Assembly: GCA_040285825.1 (NCBI GenBank)
Contig: JAUPSS010000005.1
Location: 310,001 to 374,000 of the forward strand
DNA from: Eukaryota sp. TZLM1-RC
Taxonomy: Eukaryota; Protista; Metamonada: BaSk clade
Direction of reading: 5' to 3'
DNA length: 64,000 nucleotides
Positions within the stretch are counted from its first letter, which is position 1. Every line of letters starts with the position of its first letter. The notes beneath the pieces are model-generated. The model saw nothing but the letters and a program-made list of their open reading frames with translations, ran no database searches and had not been told where the DNA came from. The position numbers and the translations under genes were made by a program. Below are positions 56,883-64,000 of this stretch, in pieces.

Positions 56883-58838
56883 CTATATCAACAAACCCTG
56901 CTGTCCCATTTTTTCCTTCTCTAGTTGATCCTCCTTCATCTCCTTCATCTTGAAAAAACCAATCATCGCTCCTAACAAACAAAGTAATGCTACCACACCA
57001 TAACCCACATAGAGAACATTGTCGCTAGGTTCAGCGTATAGTAACAACTGCCAATGTGAAGGTTCAGTGGAAGGATAAGGGAAAACAAAAAGGGAAGAAT
57101 TTGGCAAAAGTGTCATCCAAGAGTTGATGTACTTTCGCTTGTCCTCTACTGAATTCGAAACACCCATGAACAGCTCATCTACATAGCTAGCAATGTACCC
57201 CAATCCGAAATACGTATATGGTGTTTGTAGAGTACCATGGGACTGCTGGTTGAAAGGAGAATCACCGTGAACAATTACCGTGTTATCAAAGTCCAATAAC
57301 CTAAACCTAAAAGTGTTACCAACTGCACTGACACCAAATGGTTTGGGGTAAGGTAACCTTGGCATAGGACTGGGGCACCACTGATGACAGACACCATTAC
57401 CAGCTGAGACAGAGATGAAAAAAGCAGAGTTATCAACGTTATTAACAAGTGAAGTGAGACGAGTTTCTCCATCAATTTTTGATTGAACAATCAAATCAAG
57501 ACTTCCTTGGTTGCCGAAATCGAAAAAGACTGCATTGGAGGGATTCTTGATTGTCGTTAAGGGGGCCATGTCGAATTTTTGGAAATATCCAAATGATCGT
57601 TGATAGGTAGAAGAAACGTAATCAGTAGTACAATTGGAAAAGGCAAATTCAGAATCACAAGGAGAATTTCGCAAAACATTGAAAAATTCATCACCATTAT
57701 CATCAACGAATTTGATTGACAAATCGAAAAAACCATCGGAATCAAAATCGCCTCCATTCAGCAAGCTTCCATCTGGATTGTCGACAGTCAACAATGGAGC
57801 CAGCGAATCAGGAAGGTCAATCAAAATCGAGTGATATTCGTCCAGTTCCGAGTCCAATCGATCCTTTCCAATTTTGAATTTATTATCAACGACACAAAGA
57901 TTATTACCTTGTCGACAGTCTCGGTTCCTATTGATATCCAAGGGAAGATTAGCGCATAGAGGCATTTGGGAATTGTACAAAATTTTCAACTGATTTTTGG
58001 AATTTTCAGTGTCTCGAATAGGGATCACGAAGTCAGGAAGTCCATCTCTATTCATGTCAAGAACAAGTGGGACACCTGCAAATTTTGGCAAAATGATTGA
58101 TTGATCCCTTTTGAACTTCATCTTTTTATCAGCAATGAAGATTAAGGCCTCAACGCATTTTTCATCTCCATCTTCTTCGCAAACTCCCTCAAAAAACAAA
58201 ACTAAATCAGCCCGGCAGTCACCATTCAAATCAGTAATCACATGAGGCAAATCAAGAAGTTTCTGATCGGGAAGGTCAATAATGACATCATCAAGGTCAC
58301 GTGATACAAAACCTTTTGTTTGACCTTGATTTTCAAAGAACTTTGGTCCATCAGCTGTTCTTGCAAGTAGCGAAGGGTACATATCCTCGCCATAAGGAAC
58401 GACTAATGGCTGAGTAAGCAGAGGGGGAAGAGAGTACTGTTCATCAGCAGGGACTGGAGAGTTATCAGAAGCAACTTGGAGATAAAGTTTAGCGGTGTAG
58501 GAAGAGGTGACGTCATTATCACGTGTTAGTGTCAAAAAATCAAGATGGCCGTCCCTATTGAAATCAGTAGGGATAATGGAGAGGTAGTCAGCGGAGGAGT
58601 CGATTGTTTGCGATGACTTTGGCATTGAGACGTATTGGTTTTTGTCACTGTCAAAGCGTAGAACCTTGATGGTATTTTGAGTACGAACAAAAATATCAGT
58701 ACGACGGTCATTGTCAAAGTCACCAAAAGCAAGAAGAGAGCCATGTTCCGACTCGAGTCCAAGAGATTTGTCTTCAATGAAGGCCGGTCTACATGTCACA
58801 GAAAGAGCCAAGAGGAAGAGGAGTAGTAGAAGGTGCAT
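56883..58838 (-). CDS. ITFG1: ITFG1/LINKIN (TIP) FG-GAP repeat membrane protein
   Basis: Signal peptide; FGDFDNDRRTD, DFNRDGHLD, DLNGDCRADL, DMNRDGLPD, GDFDSDGFFD repeats; LQTPYTYFGLG..ASYVD; TM helix; KEMKEDQLEK tail. Confidence 0.9.
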   Translation of the reverse strand: MHLLLLLFLLALSVTCRPAFIEDKSLGLESEHGSLLAFGDFDNDRRTDIFVRTQNTIKVLRFDSDKNQYVSMPKSSQTIDSSADYLSIIPTDFNRDGHLDFLTLTRDNDVTSSYTAKLYLQVASDNSPVPADEQYSLPPLLTQPLVVPYGEDMYPSLLARTADGPKFFENQGQTKGFVSRDLDDVIIDLPDQKLLDLPHVITDLNGDCRADLVLFFEGVCEEDGDEKCVEALIFIADKKMKFKRDQSIILPKFAGVPLVLDMNRDGLPDFVIPIRDTENSKNQLKILYNSQMPLCANLPLDINRNRDCRQGNNLCVVDNKFKIGKDRLDSELDEYHSILIDLPDSLAPLLTVDNPDGSLLNGGDFDSDGFFDLSIKFVDDNGDEFFNVLRNSPCDSEFAFSNCTTDYVSSTYQRSFGYFQKFDMAPLTTIKNPSNAVFFDFGNQGSLDLIVQSKIDGETRLTSLVNNVDNSAFFISVSAGNGVCHQWCPSPMPRLPYPKPFGVSAVGNTFRFRLLDFDNTVIVHGDSPFNQQSHGTLQTPYTYFGLGYIASYVDELFMGVSNSVEDKRKYINSWMTLLPNSSLFVFPYPSTEPSHWQLLLYAEPSDNVLYVGYGVVALLCLLGAMIGFFKMKEMKEDQLEKEKMGQQGLLI

Positions 58839-58847
58839 TTTAAAGAT

Positions 58848-61800
58848 GGTATCTCAAAAAGCTCTATTCATGCTAATAAATCTTAAATCTAATGCTCTAA
58901 ACATTCTTTCCCACACTGACTGATCGTTGTCGCACCATTGGTCTACAATTATCATGAATATGAGAGTACGTTATCCTGTACATGTTTAGAGCACTGTTTA
59001 CATCCCTATCTCAATAGACGCCACATTCACTGTTTTCACAGTGTAGCAGTCCATGGCATGGGACTAGTTTGACATTGTCCTTTTTTTAGATTCCAATTTT
59101 GTTGAAGTTCTTGAATTTTGTTTTCAACATTTTGAAATACTACTTCACTTAATACTTCACTTTTTGTAACCATTGTACCACGAAGATTTGGGTTGTGTGC
59201 CACTAATAAAGCATTTGTAACAAAAATGAGATTATATTTGAACATCCCCATTAATCAATTATTATCAAAAGAAAAATGTATTTATTCGAATTCACCTCAA
59301 CTCACTTTGCGCCATGCTCTGAATTGCTCTAAATTGATAACTTATCGTTCTTCACTACATGATGCTGTTAGAGACACTGTTTTCAATATGGCACAAACTG
59401 CAAGAATTTCGTGTATCAAAGATCCCCTGCTGAAGGAACACTTTCTCTGAATAATTTTGGTTCTGATGATAGAGATGATGTATACTGTGATTGGATTGAT
59501 AATTCTGAAGCTATTGTTGACTTTGTCTCATGTAATGTTGCAAATGATACTTTGGTTCACAGAAAAAAACTTAATCCTGTGACTGCTCTTGATTTTAAAG
59601 CAAAAGAGAAACATAGAAAATATGATAAAGATATTGAAGAGGCTAATGCCGATAGAAATACACAGCTGGTTTTTATTGCTTTCCCATTGTCTATTAATGG
59701 AAGATTATCAGATCAAGCAGAAACTTTTTGAATGACTTCCAAAAAATGGTGCAAGAAAAGACAATCAAAAGATTTGGTATTTTTTCTGGCGTTCACGGAT
59801 TCAATTTGCCATTATTAATAGATTACCTCGGTTTTTCAATCGAATAAGAGAAGCCTTAGCTAGACAGCAAGCAGATCAAGATTTTGTAGAGGAAATCTTG
59901 GTTCAATGATAGTCGTACCATTAGTTATGAGTTAATTTAATTAAGTGTGTAAATTCAATAAATAATATACATTTTGAACAGAATAAACTTCATAATCCGG
60001 TTTTTTAGCCACTCGCAAGTCATTCTTTAACCTCTTCTTCTTACGTTTGAATCTTTTACAGGCTTTGGGATCTTTGACCTTTACATTACATTTGGTATTT
60101 TCTTCACGATAATTCTCAACACAAAAAGCACATCTCTTACTGGTACGATACTCATCTACCAAGTATACTTTATACCAGCTTTTCTCAGAACTCTTCTTAG
60201 CCCCACACCTCTGATAGTGCTGGCTTTACCTTTACGATTGGTCTTAACGTCCCAATCACCAAAGCCAATTACAATATTTTGAGCATCTGCCTTCAACTTG
60301 GCTTTTAATCGGTTAACCTAGGCGGCCTCACTCTTTTTTTTATTTATATATTTGAATAGAGTGTGGCGCCTAAAGAGAGGGTCTTGATAAATGGGACAGA
60401 GCAATTCATCGTGGAGTAATTTCTTTTTTATATACTTTTGAATTGCTGCAGATCCAAGGATTTTTTTGGAATATTCTGATAATTTATTAGATATTTCTTG
60501 AACTGACATCTCCGATTGGGACGATTGTAAATTAAATTCTTTAAGTGTAAAATCCGGATGAGATTTAATGATTTCCTGTTCACTGTTGATTCTTTTTATA
60601 ATTGCAGATTTGAAAGAGTTTTCACTGCTCAACCCTAATAATGATCGAGTCCAAGTAGTTTGTTTCCGTTTCTCTAAACTTCTCTGTTTGAAGTTTAAAG
60701 TTTCGTCTACCAGCAGTGTAAGAATCAATAATTAGTTTGTCTCTTTTTTTCTTTAAATTTTTGGGTTTTTTTATTTTTTTCTTATTCCTTCTGTTTTTTC
60801 CTTATTTTTTTCCACACGCTTATTTTTCACGTTTTTCCTTTTTGCTACAGTCATATTGATTCCTTTGGACTCAATTTGAGTCATCTCAGCAGAATATGAT
60901 TGACTGATTTGGTAAGCAATTTCCTTTATATTAGGAGTTTCTGATACTTATACCAGTTTGGCATCATATTGGTTAGGGTCTACTTCAGCAATGACCTTAC
61001 ATTTTAATGAATTCAGTTCGTTTTCACAAATATCATGATTATATAATTCATCCTTTTCTAATTGTTTGTCTTTACATTTTTTCAAATCATTCCTCTTGTG
61101 TTGAACTGAAACTCCACAGCCATCTGTCAGAATACTTCCGTCAAAGAAGTAACCATTAGTATTTTTGGTCATGACACAATGCTGCTTGTTGAGTACTTTT
61201 TCCAAGTTTAAAATTTTTGTTTCATCAACATCAATCGTTTCATCATCACTTTCTTGAGGTTCATCAAACTCTGTGATGAAAAGTCAGTTTTTTTTGATTG
61301 ATTAATAATAATTTGCATACTTTCGGTTTCAACCTGCATATACGTTGGAGAAAGTGATGTTTCAATTGGAAACACGTTATAGATGAATAAATGTTTAGGT
61401 TTTTCCCCTTCAGCATCTTTGATTAATTCTGCAGAAATACGACTGACGTCCGCCATTAGCATGACAGATTTTTGAAGATATTTTTCCCAGTGTACATGTA
61501 TATCATGGAATATATTAGGTAAATTAGGCTTTCCTGACTTTGACTTGGATTTTGGGGTACTCAAATTGCATTCTGTTGCAGTTAAATGTTTTCATCAAGT
61601 TTTTGATCATAGATGAATAATGATTTCATTCGTTTGTACTTCGCCAACAATTGATGTTTGAAATGCTGTTTGAAAAAATTCAAGGGTGTACTATTAGACC
61701 AAGCCACAGGTGATTCACAGGAATCTGTCGTTAACGTCTTTAGTGTGTAAACAATTTTCTGATCATATTTTTTGTCTCTGATGGAAAATGTTAAAAATTC

Positions 61801-62870
61801 TGATAATGAATACTCATCAGAAGTTTGTAAATCCAAAAGTAATGAGTTCAATTTTTCTTCTTTGTTTGAGTCCTCTTGTTCAACCTCAAGTTCTTCAACA
61901 ACATCCTCAACCACTGTTTAAATTTTGAGTGAATTACTTATAACAATCAGAAATTTTTCAAGCATGATACTGATACTCAACAAAAGTCAACAGTTTGAAT
62001 ACTATTGAGTTCATGATCAGACATTCGAAAAATAGGTTTCACCGTCTCGTGCTTGTCTGGTGAAACAAGATTTTTTTTGATTTTCAAAGCAACGATGAAC
62101 CAGTGACAAAAATGTTCGAAGAAATTGTTGCCGAATATAGATCATATAGGAAGTGTAGATATTGGTCACACAATGATCCAAAATTCGAGTTACTCCTTGG
62201 TCACTGACATGAGTATAGATCGAGGGCAACTGTGGGTAATAATGGTCAATATAAATATTAGTCATTATAAGTCTGAAAGTTTGAGCATTTTGGCCCGATG
62301 ATTTGGCCCGATGATATCTGTTGAAGAAAATCATTGACATCAAAACTTGCTCTCTAATCTTGTTTTAAATGACAATATTTTATGTCACATGTTTATCATC
62401 CATACAGTCTCTTCAAGAAGATCCTTGGAAAACCAGACTGGTTCGTCATGATTGAGACGACAATCCAAGTAATACAGTTTGATTAATAAATAAGTCTTCT
62501 TACAATATTGCCTATATAACCAACGATCTCTTGAATCCTGTTTGAAGTTTGTTGTCAGAAACCAAATTTTTGATATCCAAATTGATAATTTTCATTGAAA
62601 TCTTTTTAATAGTTTTTTTAATAGTTTTTGGATATCAGGTTTCAAGAAACAGTCAATTGTTTCGAAAACCAAAACAGTTCCCTGAAAACAATAATAAAGC
62701 AATTCTTCGTCTCTATCAAACCAGGCATTTTCAATGGCCTCCAACAATTTTAATATTCAGGGTGGATTGGGTTTTTTTCTTGCCCTTTTCTCGCTCAATC
62801 AGTTCATGCTTACCTTCTTTTTCAGCAAGCATGAAGCAACATTAGATAAACTATTTCCAGCACTACGTAA
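58848..62870 (-). pseudogene. Decayed full-length Fanzor1 (third family, about 1000 codons) interrupted by an RLE insertion
   Basis: IKLYYLD; ILDHCVTNIYTSYM; YNVFPI.TSL.P; FDGSILTDGCGVSV; RuvC-I VDPN; FRRH.LFKYINKKKSE; IGFGDW...GVGLRRVLRK; RuvC-II VDEYRTSKRC..C; HGLLHC.N..C...DRDVNSAL; right end TTTTGAGATACC at 58848. Confidence 0.9.
59137..59968 (+). mobile_element. 5'-truncated RLE family F3 insertion with 10-bp TSD
   Basis: Close copy of about 19270-20083; ACATTTTGAA at 59127-59136 and 59969-59978; excision restores the Fanzor frame YSVQNV-ENKIQELQQ. Confidence 0.9.
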
Positions 62871-62925
62871 ATAGAAAATGTTGCATAATTGAAGAGTATC
62901 AATAATTTTGAATTTATATACATCC

Positions 62926-63500
62926 TCAATGAATGGATTCAAAATACCATTTAATGGTTAAGATAAATTCTTTTTTGAATAAATCCTTGCCATAAATGAT
63001 AGAACGACTTTTCAAAGTGGCATAATCAAACTGTTTGATGTTATGTCCAGCCAAATAGTCTGGTTGATGATTATTCAGGCATTTATCAAAATTATAGATC
63101 ATTGAAAGTTCATGTGGAAATAGATGAACAAAAGTATCTGAACAATCATCAGATACGGAAAAAGACAGATAATAATCAGTGGAAGCCACAAAAAAATGTT
63201 TCTGCTTCTTAATTATTTGCGAAACATTTGAGTCAAATTCCGCAACGATAAGTTTGATAGCCTCTTCTTCATGAGAAACGTAAGGTGGCTTTGGGAAAAT
63301 ATTTGTTTTTTGTTACTGAATTTCCTTAATCTGGCCTAATTTTGTGAATTTTTGTTGAAAAGAATCAATTTTGGCATCAGTTTCTGACAAAGAATTAGTA
63401 AAATTAGAATTAGTAATTGAATTGACAATGTTTTGACACTCTGTTTTAATTAATCTTGTTTTTGGGTTGTCTTTTTGAAACTGACAAGTGACCAAAAATT
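62926..63500 (-). pseudogene. Family-B DNA polymerase 3'-5' exonuclease domain remnant
   Basis: HELSMIYNFDKCLNNHQPDYLAGHNIKQFDYATLKSR matches PolB ExoII (E..ML..F......PD.I.G.NI..FD..YL..R); upstream IFPKP...AIKLI segment. Confidence 0.7.
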
Positions 63501-63659
63501 TGAAACATTCAACTTTGTGATTGAAATTTTGTCCATAATGTTGAATATCCTTGTCAAAATTTGGTAAAAATCTACATTATTGAAAAAAACTATATTATAA
63601 TTAAAGACTAAGAAAACTAACAAAACTTAAATAATAAAAAGTTGGGAAAACTACCAAAT

Positions 63660-64000
63660 TCATCTTCTTCTTTTCTTTTCAGGTTCCAACTTTATACTAA
63701 CTTTATTTCTATACATTTTATTTTCTTCAGCTTTTCTTTTTCTATTTTCCCTCTTTCCTTTTGTTCTATTTAGAGTTTGTCTGGCAGCTTCAGCAGGGTC
63801 AACTATAGTCAAAACGTCACGTTCTTGCTGACGTTTACGTTTCATTTCTGCACGTTCTGTTTGAATTTCTGATAGTGTTGAGATAAACAGCCCAGATTCT
63901 GACCGTTTACGAAGACTTTCAACTACTTCTGTGGCAACATCGCGTGTTTCTTGGGAAATCTGAAGACCGCCAGTATCATCAGTAATAATCGAAAGAGCTT
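63660..64000 (-). CDS. UTP20: Probable UTP20 (SSU processome HEAT protein) C-terminus, entering from the window end
   Basis: Open frame from the edge: TRDVATEVVESLRKR...F...L.EIQ.ER..KRKRQ...IVDPAEAARQ...KRENRKRK resembles the Utp20 tail (A.EV...L...G...F.....R..RK......DPE.AA..K..K.....RKRK). Confidence 0.6.
   Translation of the reverse strand, partial: ALSIITDDTGGLQISQETRDVATEVVESLRKRSESGLFISTLSEIQTERAEMKRKRQQERDVLTIVDPAEAARQTLNRTKGKRENRKRKAEENKMYRNKVSIKLEPEKKRRR

Noticed and set aside
4238-62870. Alternative genetic code or readthrough to explain in-frame stops in Fanzor, RLE and gag frames
   Set aside because: Stops come with frameshifts and differ between copies; host genes are uninterrupted and end in TAA, TAG and TGA.
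1-64000. CRISPR array, rRNA or tRNA genes
   Set aside because: No repeat-spacer array or recognisable structural RNA gene seen by eye; a tRNA/ncRNA scan was not possible.

Overview
Eukaryotic nuclear DNA from a compact, almost intron-less genome (inference: a microbial eukaryote; one 31-nt intron found among about 15 genes). Host genes: UTP21/WDR36 (partial), eIF4A-III, RBBP6/Mpe1, a CEP72/LRRC36-like LRR protein, a 1929-aa IPT/TIG surface protein, TRAPPC6, TatD, Dpy-30, FA2H/SCS7, a large TPR-like protein, ITFG1 and UTP20 (partial). They are separated by islands of nested mobile DNA: two families of short-LTR chromodomain Ty3/gypsy elements, about 5 families of 5'-truncated CRE-like restriction-endonuclease (RLE) non-LTR elements, four decayed Fanzor (eukaryotic TnpB) loci, a hAT MITE, a CACTG-ended MITE, a duplicated kinase-pseudogene cassette, and orphan PolB-exonuclease, RNase H and SET remnants. 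Four patterns stand out. (1) All four Fanzor 3' ends lie co-oriented 9-200 bp upstream of a host start codon, so any omegaRNA guide would come from a host 5' leader. (2) Two unrelated genes share an ungapped 45-nt leader abutting their ATG. (3) Both LTR families have a 12-bp palindrome CAATA-NN-TATTG at the U5 boundary in place of a tRNA primer-binding site. (4) The 9-mer GATGACGTG recurs at least 14 times, mostly inside host coding sequence and in several frames. All assignments are by-eye motif recognition; no database searches were run, and boundaries of decayed elements are approximate.
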